In this document: piece after piece, positions 37,039 to 46,887 of the stretch
How the letters are laid out: every line of letters starts with the position of its first letter
How positions within the stretch are numbered: position 1 is the stretch's first letter
Assembly (NCBI GenBank): GCA_027345565.1
Contig: DAHWIF010000008.1
Span: 1 to 64,000 of the forward strand
Length of the DNA: 64,000 bases
From: Candidatus Micrarchaeota archaeon
Lineage (GTDB): Archaea; Micrarchaeota; Micrarchaeia; Micrarchaeales; Micrarchaeaceae
Direction of reading: 5' to 3'
Made by a program: the position numbers and the translations under genes
Notes under the pieces: generated by a model
What the model was told of the DNA's origin: nothing
Databases searched by the model: none
The model's input: the letters and a program-made list of their open reading frames with translations, nothing else

Positions 37039-38130
37039 TTATCTTACAAAAATCCTCTTCACGACCTTGCTCGGGCTGTCCATATCCCCGTGTTCGCTAA
37101 GGAACCCCTCGACACCCAGCATCCTGGCAAGCCTGAAAAGCAGCCGAGCGCCCCTCGGCCCTAGGCTGGAATAATATCGATGTATCGCCCTGTGCATCTG
37201 GAGGTCGGCCCAGTATCTCTTGCGCCACATCCTTTCGTACATAGAGAGCGGCGCGCCATTCCTGAGGTGGTTTATTATGGATTCTGCTGCTGTTTTGGCG
37301 CAAAGGGCTCCGAAAACAAGCCCGCCTCCTGTGGTCGCCTTGACCTGCCCGGCAGCGTCTCCGACGAGCAGCACATTGCCCTTGACGGTTGTTTTCCTAG
37401 CCTGGAGAGGTATCATGCTCGCCAGGCCGGATTCTTTCGTTGCGCCCCTTATCTCCTCTGATACGATATTGTTCTTTATGAACGTATTGAATACCGAGAG
37501 GCTGTTGCGCCTGGTGCGCATCCACTCTCCGATTCCGACCTCGAGGACCAATTCCGAATGCGGCACGGTCCAGCCGAAGAACCTCTTTGGCGCATCAGAA
37601 AAGAAAAGCTCACAAGAATGCAGATTGCGTACATCAGCGCCCGAATACTCCGCCTTGTATGTAAGAACATAATCATTTATCTCAGGGAAGCCGAACTGGT
37701 TTGCGACGCAGGATACCACTCCGTCCGCTCCTACGATTATCCTGTCGCGCGAGAGGTCCTTGAGCATATCCCTGTCGGCCTTTTTGCCGAGCTCTATTCT
37801 TGCGCCCTCATCTGCTGCCATTTTGGCGCACAGCCTGGCGAATATCTCCCTGTCGAGCACATACGCCTTGGTCTCCTTCGCCTTCACATTCAGCTTCTCA
37901 TCACCTGCGTAGAGTACAGCGCCATCTAGCGAATTGAGCACTGCGTCGCCGTAATCCACGCCTATGCTGGCCAAACCACCGACGGATACGATTCCTGATG
38001 CCTTGTTGGCGCCTTCTCCGATGCTTTTGCGAGCCTCATACACTGTAACTTCGACCCCATTCCTGGCGAGCTCCCTGGCGAGCACTAATCCTATCACGCC
38101 GCCGCCAACTATGGCGACCTCTCCATCCAT
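37039..38130 (-). CDS. geranylgeranyl reductase-family FAD oxidoreductase
   Basis: IVGGGVIG, GADG, LLVGDAAGQVKATTGGG. Confidence 0.9.
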   Translation of the reverse strand: MDGEVAIVGGGVIGLVLARELARNGVEVTVYEARKSIGEGANKASGIVSVGGLASIGVDYGDAVLNSLDGAVLYAGDEKLNVKAKETKAYVLDREIFARLCAKMAADEGARIELGKKADRDMLKDLSRDRIIVGADGVVSCVANQFGFPEINDYVLTYKAEYSGADVRNLHSCELFFSDAPKRFFGWTVPHSELVLEVGIGEWMRTRRNSLSVFNTFIKNNIVSEEIRGATKESGLASMIPLQARKTTVKGNVLLVGDAAGQVKATTGGGLVFGALCAKTAAESIINHLRNGAPLSMYERMWRKRYWADLQMHRAIHRYYSSLGPRGARLLFRLARMLGVEGFLSEHGDMDSPSKVVKRIFVR

Positions 38131-38195
38131 GTTTTCACCAGCCCCGAACGCTCAACAGTATTTAAACCTTCGCACATATAAATAGTAATACGTCG

Positions 38196-38546
38196 GTGTT
38201 TAAAACGGCAGCAAAACCAAAGAAGGCGAAGGACGGGATGATAACCAACCCTGTGATAAAGATAGAGAACATAGTTGTAAGCGCCGACCTGCACGCCGAG
38301 ATAGACCTCTACCTGCTGTCTAAGAAGGTGAAGGAGGTCGATTACGAGCCAGAACAGTTCCCAGGGGCCATATTCAAGATTGCTGAGCCGAAAGTATCGA
38401 TAATACTCTTCAAGAACGGCAAGATGATATGCACTGGCGCAAGCACCGAGGCGAACATAAAGAGGGCGCTGGATTATGCCGCGAAGGTCATATCGAAGTA
38501 TGTGATAGGGCCGTCTCCAGCAAAGGCGATAGCCCAGAAGTCATAG
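38196..38546 (+). CDS. tbp: single-repeat TATA-binding protein
   Basis: IENIVVS, YEPEQFPG, LFKNGKMICTGA present once only. Confidence 0.88.
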   Translation: MFKTAAKPKKAKDGMITNPVIKIENIVVSADLHAEIDLYLLSKKVKEVDYEPEQFPGAIFKIAEPKVSIILFKNGKMICTGASTEANIKRALDYAAKVISKYVIGPSPAKAIAQKS

Positions 38547-39677
38547 CCTCATTCCCCTTATCGCTGCGTCGTATCGCTTGAAGAAGGACTCCCACGACCA
38601 CGCACTTTTCGCGCTCTTGAGCCCTTCCCTGCCCATCCTGTCAGCTAGGCTCTCATCCTCAACGAGCTGCTGCATGCGCCTGGCCATCTCCATTTCGCTG
38701 CCGACCAAGAAGCCTGTGCGCCCGTGCTTCACGCTTATGGTAGGGCCGCCCTCATTAACGGATATGACTGGCTTGCCGCTCGCCATAGCCTCGAGCGGCA
38801 CAAGGCCCATGTCCTCCATAACTGAGGTAAACAGAACGGCTGTTGCTCTTGAATAGAGGTTTGCCTTCTCCTTCTCTGATATATCGGTTAGCACCGTGAC
38901 GCCGCCGACCTTCGCCGCCTGCCCCTTCACCTTCCTGTAGTAATTGTAATAGAACGGATCCTTCGAAGTCACTCCGCAGAGCACCAGCCTGTATCCCTTA
39001 ACGCGCTTCTTGAAGAGCTGGAACGCCCTTATAGCGTAATCCTGCCTCTTGTTTGGCGAGAACCTTGAGGGGTAGAAGAAGTATTTGCCGTCGCCGTCCC
39101 TCTTGAAATCCCTCCAATCGACGCCCGTTCCGACTATCGTAGCGCCCCTGTTGTAGTACTTCCTGATCCGTGCGAGGGTTATCTCGCTGTTTGTCACAAT
39201 CTTCTCTATCTTCTTGACTACACCCTGGTCCATTCCCTTCACTATCCTGGTGCCAAGCCGGTACACTGGCCTGGAGAGCGGGCTCCTCATCATCATCCTG
39301 TACTCATAAAGGTCGTAGACATCTCTCAGGGGCGTATGGCAGTGCCACAGCACCCTCTCATTGTTGTTCCTTATCCAGTGGCTTGGCCCAATGTGCGCGT
39401 TTATGAGGTCGTAGTCCTCTTTGACCTTGAAGTTGTAGAATGATAGGCCGTAGTCAAGCCCTTGCGACATCCTCCCATACGGAAGAACGCCGGTGAAGCC
39501 TCCCTTGCTTATCGTGCGCACATCGAACTCCTTGAACCCCTCATATGTCCTGTTCCTGTCATACTCTGCGGTGTATATCGGGGTATTGTAGTGCTGCGCA
39601 ATCTTCAGTATTGTGAACTCTGCGCCGCCTCTGAGCGTCAGGTTCGACTGCGCCAGAATCATCTTCAACCTGGGCAT
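38541..39677 (-). CDS. GT4 glycosyltransferase
   Basis: GGAE, SRF...KRQ, EDMGLVPLEAMASGKPVI. Confidence 0.92.
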   Translation of the reverse strand: MPRLKMILAQSNLTLRGGAEFTILKIAQHYNTPIYTAEYDRNRTYEGFKEFDVRTISKGGFTGVLPYGRMSQGLDYGLSFYNFKVKEDYDLINAHIGPSHWIRNNNERVLWHCHTPLRDVYDLYEYRMMMRSPLSRPVYRLGTRIVKGMDQGVVKKIEKIVTNSEITLARIRKYYNRGATIVGTGVDWRDFKRDGDGKYFFYPSRFSPNKRQDYAIRAFQLFKKRVKGYRLVLCGVTSKDPFYYNYYRKVKGQAAKVGGVTVLTDISEKEKANLYSRATAVLFTSVMEDMGLVPLEAMASGKPVISVNEGGPTISVKHGRTGFLVGSEMEMARRMQQLVEDESLADRMGREGLKSAKSAWSWESFFKRYDAAIRGMRL

Positions 39678-39739
39678 AACACGATAGATACGGATGTAAG
39701 CTATAAATATGGAGCATCAAGATACTATAGGCTGGTTTT

Positions 39740-41035
39740 ATGGATCTGGGCGAAGGCCTGAGAAAGGCGATAGCTAGGCTCAAGCACGCCACCATCATAG
39801 ACGCAAAGACGATAAGGGAGTTCAACAAGGAGCTGCAGAAGAGCCTTCTAGGAGCGGATGTCGACGTTGCGCTTGTGCGCGATTTGACCGGCAGGATAGA
39901 GGAGAAGGCGTTGAAGAGCAGGCCGCCTCCCGGAGTTGCTCCGACAGACTACATAACCAATATAGTCTATGAGGAGCTGGTGGCCCTGATGGGGCAGTCG
40001 TATGAGCCAAAGCTCAAGAGGCAGAGAATACTGCTCATGGGGCTCTACGGATCTGGCAAAACAACCACAGCAGCGAAACTGGCCAAGTACTACCAGGACA
40101 GGGGGTTGAGCGCGGCGCTGATCTGCTGCGACGTGTCCAGGCCTGCGGCCTACGAGCAGCTGGAGACGCTGGCGAAACAGGCCAACGTATCGTTCTTCGG
40201 TAAAAAGGGCGAAAAGGACGCTGCGAAGATAGCGAAGGAGGGCATCGAGAGGTTCAAGGATAAGCAGGTTGTGGTGTGCGACACTAGCGGCAGGAATGCG
40301 CTTGACGGGCAGCTGATAGAGGAGCTGAAGAGGGTTTCGGGGGCCTTCAAGCCCGACGAGAAGGTAATGGTGATAAGCGCAGACATCGGCCAGGTGGCTG
40401 GCAGGCAGGCGGCGCAATTCAACAGCGCCGTGGGGGTTACTGGGGTGATAGTGACAAAGATTGATGGATCTGGCAAGGGGGGCGGTGCACTGAGCGCAAC
40501 AAACGCCGCAAGGTCTATCGTGATGTTCATAGGCACCGGAGAGAAGCTGGCAAACATAGAGCCGTACAGGTCTGACAAGTTCATAGGTGCACTGCTCGGA
40601 GTGCCAGACATGGCCGGGCTCATAGCAAGCGTGCAAAACGCGGTGAAAGAAGCACAGATAAAGCCTGAAGAACTAGAGATGGAGGTGCTGAACTTCGAGT
40701 CATTTTATGCACAACTGAGGGCGATGGGCAAGATGGGCCCTTTGCAGAACATATTCGGCATGATGGGCGCCGCCGATGTCCCTAAGGAGATAATGGAGCA
40801 GGGAGAGGAGAAGCTTAACAGGTACAAGGCGATAATCGGATCTATGACAAAAGAGGAAAGAAGCGACGAGCGCATACTCCACAATCCAAGAAGGATAAGG
40901 AGGATAGCGAATGGCAGCGGCACTACCGAGAAGGAGGTGCACCAGCTGATTTCCGATTTCAACAAGATGAGGAAAATGTTCGACAACCTGAAGAACGACA
41001 GGTCGTTCAGGAAACGCTTTGCTAAGATGATGTGA
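39740..41035 (+). CDS. srp54: signal recognition particle protein SRP54
   Basis: GLYGSGKTT, DTSGR, TKIDG..KGG, M-domain SMT..ER. Confidence 0.96.
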   Translation: MDLGEGLRKAIARLKHATIIDAKTIREFNKELQKSLLGADVDVALVRDLTGRIEEKALKSRPPPGVAPTDYITNIVYEELVALMGQSYEPKLKRQRILLMGLYGSGKTTTAAKLAKYYQDRGLSAALICCDVSRPAAYEQLETLAKQANVSFFGKKGEKDAAKIAKEGIERFKDKQVVVCDTSGRNALDGQLIEELKRVSGAFKPDEKVMVISADIGQVAGRQAAQFNSAVGVTGVIVTKIDGSGKGGGALSATNAARSIVMFIGTGEKLANIEPYRSDKFIGALLGVPDMAGLIASVQNAVKEAQIKPEELEMEVLNFESFYAQLRAMGKMGPLQNIFGMMGAADVPKEIMEQGEEKLNRYKAIIGSMTKEERSDERILHNPRRIRRIANGSGTTEKEVHQLISDFNKMRKMFDNLKNDRSFRKRFAKMM

Positions 41036-41072
41036 AAGCAAAAAATAGAAATAAAACTGTGGGGGAGACTAA

Positions 41073-41123
41073 CTATCTCCTCCTTTTTCTTGTTGCCTTC
41101 TTTCTCTTCATTTTTCTTGCCAT
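41073..41123 (-). CDS. putative 16-aa Lys/Arg-rich peptide
   Basis: MARKMKRKKATRKRRR with upstream GTGGATGA and a TATA-like element. Confidence 0.45.
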   Translation of the reverse strand: MARKMKRKKATRKRRR

Positions 41124-41248
41124 TTCATCCACTTTTATAACCCCTCATATGATAAGTATTTAAAATAATATCCGGATATAACTACTGGAGATAAACAAAA
41201 ACAGATTTTAGCCATATTTATTTACCGAAATACACAACTGTGTATCTG

Positions 41249-42352
41249 ATGACCGACAAAACCGAATCGCTGACGACAAAACTTGAGGAGCTCACCGGGG
41301 AGTACAAGAAAACGAAGTACAACAAGGCCACAAACCTGCATCTTGGCATGCTGCGTGCGAAAATCGCGAGGATAAAAAAGGAGATAGTGGCGTCAGGCAG
41401 GAAGAAGCACGGTGAGGGGTATTTTGTGAAGAAGAGCGGCGATGCGACCGTTGCGCTGGTGGGCTTCCCGAGCGCAGGAAAATCATCTCTGATAAACGCG
41501 TTAGCAAACACAAGGTCAAAAACGGCGCAGTACGCCTTCACGACGACTACAGTGATACCTGGCACGATGGTGTATAATGATTCCCATATACAGATATTTG
41601 ACCTGCCCGGCTTGATAGAGGATGCGCACCTTGGCGCGGGTAGGGGCAGGATGGTCGCCACGGCGCTGAAGCCGGCAGACCTCATAATCTTCGTAGTGGA
41701 TATAAACAACCTGGAGCAGTTCGACAGGCTCCTCACAGAATTCCGTGCGCTTAGGATATGGATAAACGAGAGAAAGCCATCGGTGCAGATAAGCGGGAGG
41801 CCTGCCGGCGGGCTCAGGATCGAAACGAATAGGTCCGGCATGTCAGACAGCTATCTGGAGGAGATACTGAAAGGTCTAGGCATCCACAACGCAGTAGTTT
41901 CAGTATGGGATAGGGTAGGTGAGGACGCGCTCATCGACATAATCGCAAACAGGGCGCAATACATGAAGGCAATCGTGGCGCTGAACAAGATAGACACCAG
42001 GGATGATTACCGCGCGGTGGCCGATTCGCTCTCAAAGAAATATGGAATCGTCGTCATACCCGTAAGCGCGACAGAGAAGACGAACATAGATAGGCTCAAA
42101 GCCGAGATATACGATGCGCTTGACATAATAACGATATACCTGAAACCTAGGATCGGCGAGGGAACACATCCGATGGTGCTGCGGAGGGGCGCGACCGTGG
42201 GCGATGCGGCTAGGAAGTTCCATGCGCAGATAGTCGACAGGCTGAAGTGCGCGCAGGTATCAGGCAAGAGCGCAAGGTTCGCCAACCAGAAGGTCGGCGT
42301 TGCGCATGTGCTGGAAGACGGTGACACAATAACGTTCATCAAGGAGAGATGA
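41249..42352 (+). CDS. DRG/Rbg-family GTPase with TGS domain
   Basis: GFPSAGKS, YAFTT, DLPG, NKID, TGS C-terminus. Confidence 0.93.
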   Translation: MTDKTESLTTKLEELTGEYKKTKYNKATNLHLGMLRAKIARIKKEIVASGRKKHGEGYFVKKSGDATVALVGFPSAGKSSLINALANTRSKTAQYAFTTTTVIPGTMVYNDSHIQIFDLPGLIEDAHLGAGRGRMVATALKPADLIIFVVDINNLEQFDRLLTEFRALRIWINERKPSVQISGRPAGGLRIETNRSGMSDSYLEEILKGLGIHNAVVSVWDRVGEDALIDIIANRAQYMKAIVALNKIDTRDDYRAVADSLSKKYGIVVIPVSATEKTNIDRLKAEIYDALDIITIYLKPRIGEGTHPMVLRRGATVGDAARKFHAQIVDRLKCAQVSGKSARFANQKVGVAHVLEDGDTITFIKER

Positions 42353-42413
42353 TTCCGTATTTATGGAATAACATTAAATAACCTTTCAACGTTATTTTAT
42401 CATCAGTGAAGCC

Positions 42414-42857
42414 ATGGCGATAAAGTACTGGGAGTTCGAAGACGCGCCGCTCAAGGAGAAGCTGAAGGGCGTTAACGTGAAGGACATAGCAAGGCTCTTC
42501 TACGACAACGAAACTGAAGCCTACAGATTCGCGACGCTGCTGCTTGAGGTTAAAAGGAAGCGTTCGCTCAGGCTTAAAGACGTTCCGCAGAACATACCTG
42601 TAGCTACAGCTAAGAGGTACCTCGACTTTGCCGTGCAGCTTGGCATCCTCAAGCACGAGAGCGGCGCTTACGAGCTGACCGACAGGTTCTCAAAACCATT
42701 CAGGAACATCGCCACCTACATAAAGACATGGATGGAGAGCACGGCAGATGAGGACCTTGCGGTAGAGTTCGCTAACGCCAGGATAGAAAAGCAATCCAAG
42801 AGAGGGGGCAGGCCTGGCAGGGCCGCAGCCGCAGAGAGTGCAGGCGCTAGCAGCTAG
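42414..42857 (+). CDS. hypothetical wHTH-like protein
   Basis: TAKRYLDFAVQLGIL...YELT. Confidence 0.7.
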   Translation: MAIKYWEFEDAPLKEKLKGVNVKDIARLFYDNETEAYRFATLLLEVKRKRSLRLKDVPQNIPVATAKRYLDFAVQLGILKHESGAYELTDRFSKPFRNIATYIKTWMESTADEDLAVEFANARIEKQSKRGGRPGRAAAAESAGASS

Positions 42858-42897
42858 GTTTTTTATATATAGCATGCAAAGAGGTTTGGGGGATTTT

Positions 42898-44079
42898 ATG
42901 TCGAAAGCGCCGTTGACCATAGGAGCGGTGGTCGTAATAGGGATAATCATAATAGCAGCGGTATTCGTCTTGACAAGCCAGCCGCATCCTACACCTACTA
43001 CTACAGTAACGATAGCGCCTAGCTCCAGCGGCAACGTACGCACGCCTGTGATGATCACCGATCCGGCGCAGGTTGCATCAGGCACAACCGCCCTGGTGTT
43101 CACGTACTCGAACGTGCAGGTCAATGACACCACCATATCAGGATCCACATGGGTGAACGCCAACGGCAGCGGAAGCGTGAATCTAATAGCAATACAAAAC
43201 ATGACGCAGGTAATCGGCTACGCGAGCGTGCCTGCCAACTCTACAATAAGCGCATTCAGACTCAACATAACAAGCGTCATGATAACAGTTAACGGCACAA
43301 CTTATCAGGTGCCGGTTTCCAGCAACATGGTGACGATACCGGTATCTGGCAGCCAGAAGGTGGTCGCCGGGTCTGGGGTCCTTCTCGATTACACGCCGAC
43401 CGTCTCACCCGCATTCAGCAATAACGCTACCGTATTCGTCAGGGTTCCGGCGGCAAAGGCAGCGATCGTGTCTGGGATAAATTCGACGCTAGCTGCAGAT
43501 ATAGGCGCAACTGTGCCCATAAGCGCCGGGGCGCTTGCTGTGATAGCGGCCGTGACGCCGACCGTGAACATAACGTCCGCTTCGCTTTCTGCGCAGGGCA
43601 ACTCTACGCTGCTTACGCTTGTTGTGAAGAACAATGGAAACCAGAGCACGGTGATAAACACAGTGAATGTCTTTGGGGCGCAGAGGGTGCGTGCGGTCGC
43701 CTCCGTGAGGGCAGGAGTGAACGCATCGCTTGCGACTAACGTCAATGCTGCGCTATCAGGAGGCCTGATAGGAAAGTCACGCGTTCAGCTCGAGCTGGGC
43801 GCAAATGCGCTTGTGGGGGTTGGACACGCGATAGGCAGCTATGGCATGCAGACATTCTCGGTAAGCCCGTCAGGGTCCTTGGTATTTGTGTCAAGCCTGT
43901 CTGATGTGCAGAGCGGCATCACGCTCGCCCCAGGCGCATCGGCAACCCTGGTATACAACTCCACTGCGATGTACAACAACGGCACGTTCACCACGCTGCC
44001 GGTTGCCGGTGCGGCATACCGCATCACCGTAGTTGGGTCGACCGGGGCATTCGCTTCTACGATCGTGAAGGTATCGTGA
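42898..44079 (+). CDS. membrane-anchored surface protein (DUF4382-like)
   Basis: TM helix, P/T linker, VMITDP, beta-rich body. Confidence 0.7.
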   Translation: MSKAPLTIGAVVVIGIIIIAAVFVLTSQPHPTPTTTVTIAPSSSGNVRTPVMITDPAQVASGTTALVFTYSNVQVNDTTISGSTWVNANGSGSVNLIAIQNMTQVIGYASVPANSTISAFRLNITSVMITVNGTTYQVPVSSNMVTIPVSGSQKVVAGSGVLLDYTPTVSPAFSNNATVFVRVPAAKAAIVSGINSTLAADIGATVPISAGALAVIAAVTPTVNITSASLSAQGNSTLLTLVVKNNGNQSTVINTVNVFGAQRVRAVASVRAGVNASLATNVNAALSGGLIGKSRVQLELGANALVGVGHAIGSYGMQTFSVSPSGSLVFVSSLSDVQSGITLAPGASATLVYNSTAMYNNGTFTTLPVAGAAYRITVVGSTGAFASTIVKVS

Positions 44080-44104
44080 AGGGCGTCGAGCTTTGAAATC
44101 TTCT

Positions 44105-44214
44105 CGGGCCCAGCGGGATTTGAACCCGCGACCTTCAGCTCTCTTCACTTATTCAGACTTCTCTCAAAAGTTTGTTAGAAGGCTGTCGCTCTATCCAAGC
44201 TGAGCTATGGGCCC
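44105..44214 (-). tRNA. tRNA-Arg(TCT) with canonical intron of about 35 nt
   Basis: GGGCCCA stem, ACAGC CT TCT A, intron ending GAAG-AG, TTCAAAT. Confidence 0.9.
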
Positions 44215-44238
44215 ATCGTGAATAATGAGAAGCAAAAG

Positions 44239-45195
44239 TTAATAACGCATCATCTTAATGCCGTCTTTAGTATCCACTCCAAAGAACCTTTTCGTGTTTG
44301 CAACGAGTGCCTCCGCCACCTGCTCGAAAGGCATCTTCTTTATCCCGGCTATGTACCTGATGGACTTCTCGACTGACTTGGGGCTCTGCCCAACCACTGG
44401 CGAATCGCTCTCGGCCATCAAGTTCTCAATTGGCATCATTGCGATGACCCTTTTCCTCTTTGATGACTCTATCGGCGGCACGGATATCATATAGCCGCGC
44501 TTAAGGACGGCTCTCGCCTCCTCCACGCCTCCCTCAAAGAAGTGCAGATGCACCCTCTTTGCATCCTTTTCCGCAAGGAAGTCTAGCACATCGTCGATCG
44601 CATTCCTGGCGTGCACAGATACCGGCAGCTTTAGCTCATCTGCGAGGTCAATAAATCTCCCGAATACCTTCTTCTGCCGGGCGATGTTGCGCGGGCCTCC
44701 CCCTATGGAATAATCAAGGCCTATCTCGCCTATCGCAACTATACGATCTATGCTCTGCCTTGCAAGGCCGATGTTGAACTCAATCTCCCTCTCGAACGCG
44801 CTTTCATCCATCGCCAATGCGTGCTCCGGGTCCACGCCCACGGCGCCGAAGACATTCTTGTTGTCTGCGATCTCAAGCGTCTTTATGTTCGATGGCGTGT
44901 CAACCCCGTCGGTTATTATTGTAGAGACCCCGTAAAGCACAGCGTCGCGGATCACAGCAGGGTCGCTCAGTATGCTCAGGTGGCAGTGCGCATCCGCCAT
45001 CTCCACTACGCTCTTCTGCAACGTTTCCCGCTTCTGGAGAAGCTGCCTGGTCTGCATATACACACGTTGTGATATCCTCCCCGGCATAAAGGCCGAGGCT
45101 CCCTGTTGTCCTGATGGTATGCTCTTTATTACATGATATGGTTCGTATGCGGCCCTACTCACCAGCGCCTTGAAAGGCTGGATTTCTTGAGCCAA
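44239..45195 (-). CDS. tatD: TatD-family hydrolase (start uncertain)
   Basis: DAHCH, IGEIGLD, VHAR, LH, ESDSP. Confidence 0.9.
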   Translation of the reverse strand: MAQEIQPFKALVSRAAYEPYHVIKSIPSGQQGASAFMPGRISQRVYMQTRQLLQKRETLQKSVVEMADAHCHLSILSDPAVIRDAVLYGVSTIITDGVDTPSNIKTLEIADNKNVFGAVGVDPEHALAMDESAFEREIEFNIGLARQSIDRIVAIGEIGLDYSIGGGPRNIARQKKVFGRFIDLADELKLPVSVHARNAIDDVLDFLAEKDAKRVHLHFFEGGVEEARAVLKRGYMISVPPIESSKRKRVIAMMPIENLMAESDSPVVGQSPKSVEKSIRYIAGIKKMPFEQVAEALVANTKRFFGVDTKDGIKMMRY

Positions 45196-45252
45196 CGTTT
45201 ATATACTTAAATGTGAGCAATATTATTAAGCTAATCTTTTTAGGTATGCGGG

Positions 45253-46359
45253 ATGTACACCAAGTATTCTAAAGCAAGGAGGAAAAAGTCTAGGGCATAC
45301 AACATAATACTTGCCGTAGCGGTAGTTGCCTTCGTGATCATATCGCTCTATCAGCGTACAGTCATAACGTCGCTCTCAAACCAGAATGCAAGGCTGTCGC
45401 AGCAGTACGCGACACTTGCGAACCAGATAAATAGCACGGCCCCCGGACAGCATGTCAGCTATCCAGCATACAACATTAAGAGCCAGTTGCCTGCTCCGCC
45501 GACTAACTTGTCCAGCTATCCGATCATAACGCAGAACGGTACGTTCGGCGATAGGCTTACCCATCTTAACGCACCGCTGAACAGCACAGACCTCTCAATA
45601 ATAAACAATGCACCGGATTCATACTTCGAGACAGCTGGAGAGATGCTGCTCAACGGGACGCTGAACAACAGCGTAGGGACTTCTCCGTTAAAGGTGAACA
45701 ACTTTGTTGTGAACGGAAAGCCCTCTGTCATCTATTATGGAAGCATAACGTGCGTTTGGTGCGGCGAGAACAGGTGGGCGATGGCCCTTGCTCTGAGCAG
45801 GTTCGGCAGCTTCTCCCGCCTTTATACGGGCTACAGCAGCCTGGGCGACAGCGACGTACCTACATTGTACTGGAGGCCTGTCGAATACAACGCATCTACG
45901 GTCAACCCAGGCAGCTTCTACAACAGCAGCTACATCAACTTCCTGCCTATAGAGGACATCAACCCGATAACTGGCGGATTCGATCTTAATCCGTTCTCGA
46001 AGGTGCAGAAGATACTTAACGGGACAGGGATACCAGCGTACATAGACGCATTCAATTACATACTGCAGATAAATACGTTCGGCGGCACGCCGTATACGAT
46101 ATGGGGCATGTACGTTGTAAGCGGCGCAGACGCTATTGACTTCGGCAACGGCGCGCCTACGGGCTCCACACTGCCGCTCACTGACATGACCCACGCACAG
46201 ATATACTCGCAACTTGCGCACCCTGCTACTCAATTCGCCTGGACCGAATATGCGGGAGCGGACGTCTATGTCGCCCTGATGTGCAGCAGCATCGGCAACA
46301 ATGCCTCGGTGTGCTCGCTTCCCGTCATACCGAAGATAGAGAGCCTTATGGGTGTGTAG
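45253..46359 (+). CDS. DUF929-like thioredoxin-fold membrane-anchored protein
   Basis: NGKP.VIYYG...CVWC..NRWA..LALSRFG.F. Confidence 0.8.
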   Translation: MYTKYSKARRKKSRAYNIILAVAVVAFVIISLYQRTVITSLSNQNARLSQQYATLANQINSTAPGQHVSYPAYNIKSQLPAPPTNLSSYPIITQNGTFGDRLTHLNAPLNSTDLSIINNAPDSYFETAGEMLLNGTLNNSVGTSPLKVNNFVVNGKPSVIYYGSITCVWCGENRWAMALALSRFGSFSRLYTGYSSLGDSDVPTLYWRPVEYNASTVNPGSFYNSSYINFLPIEDINPITGGFDLNPFSKVQKILNGTGIPAYIDAFNYILQINTFGGTPYTIWGMYVVSGADAIDFGNGAPTGSTLPLTDMTHAQIYSQLAHPATQFAWTEYAGADVYVALMCSSIGNNASVCSLPVIPKIESLMGV

Positions 46360-46849
46360 CTTGCGGCCATCAGACATCGGCAGGGCACTAGTGCGCGTAT
46401 ACAGGCCGCCGTACATAGCGCTCAACGTGGTTGTAGCTGTCATATACTACCTGATCTTCACCTACCTGATACGTTTACAGAACTACGGGGTGCTGCTGAT
46501 AACGATACCAAAGTTATTGATCTACGCGCTTGTCATAACGGCGTCGATGATGTTCACGATAGGCGTATTCACGCTGAGGAACACCTCAAAGGGGCGCCTC
46601 GGCGCCTCGGCAAGCACGGCTGGCACGTTTGCCACCATCTTTGCCGGAGTCATATCGGGATGCGGCTGCTCGGCGCCGCTGCTTTACGGAATAACCGCAT
46701 TCGGCCTCAGCATAGTGGAGGTGTCGGCCGCCAACGCATTCATAGTCAACTACTCGATAGGGATAGTGGCTGCGCTTATAGCCATCAACGTCATCCTGAT
46801 AGCCTACAGCTCATGGAAGCTCTCTGTCAGGCTGAAGAGTAGACGCTAG
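46352..46849 (+). CDS. 4-TM membrane protein with GCGC motif
   Basis: Hydrophobic helices, SGCGCSAP; overlaps the previous gene. Confidence 0.72.
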   Translation: MCSLRPSDIGRALVRVYRPPYIALNVVVAVIYYLIFTYLIRLQNYGVLLITIPKLLIYALVITASMMFTIGVFTLRNTSKGRLGASASTAGTFATIFAGVISGCGCSAPLLYGITAFGLSIVEVSAANAFIVNYSIGIVAALIAINVILIAYSSWKLSVRLKSRR

Positions 46850-46887
46850 GAACAAGCTTTTATTAACTAAGCTGCAAAAGACAGAGT

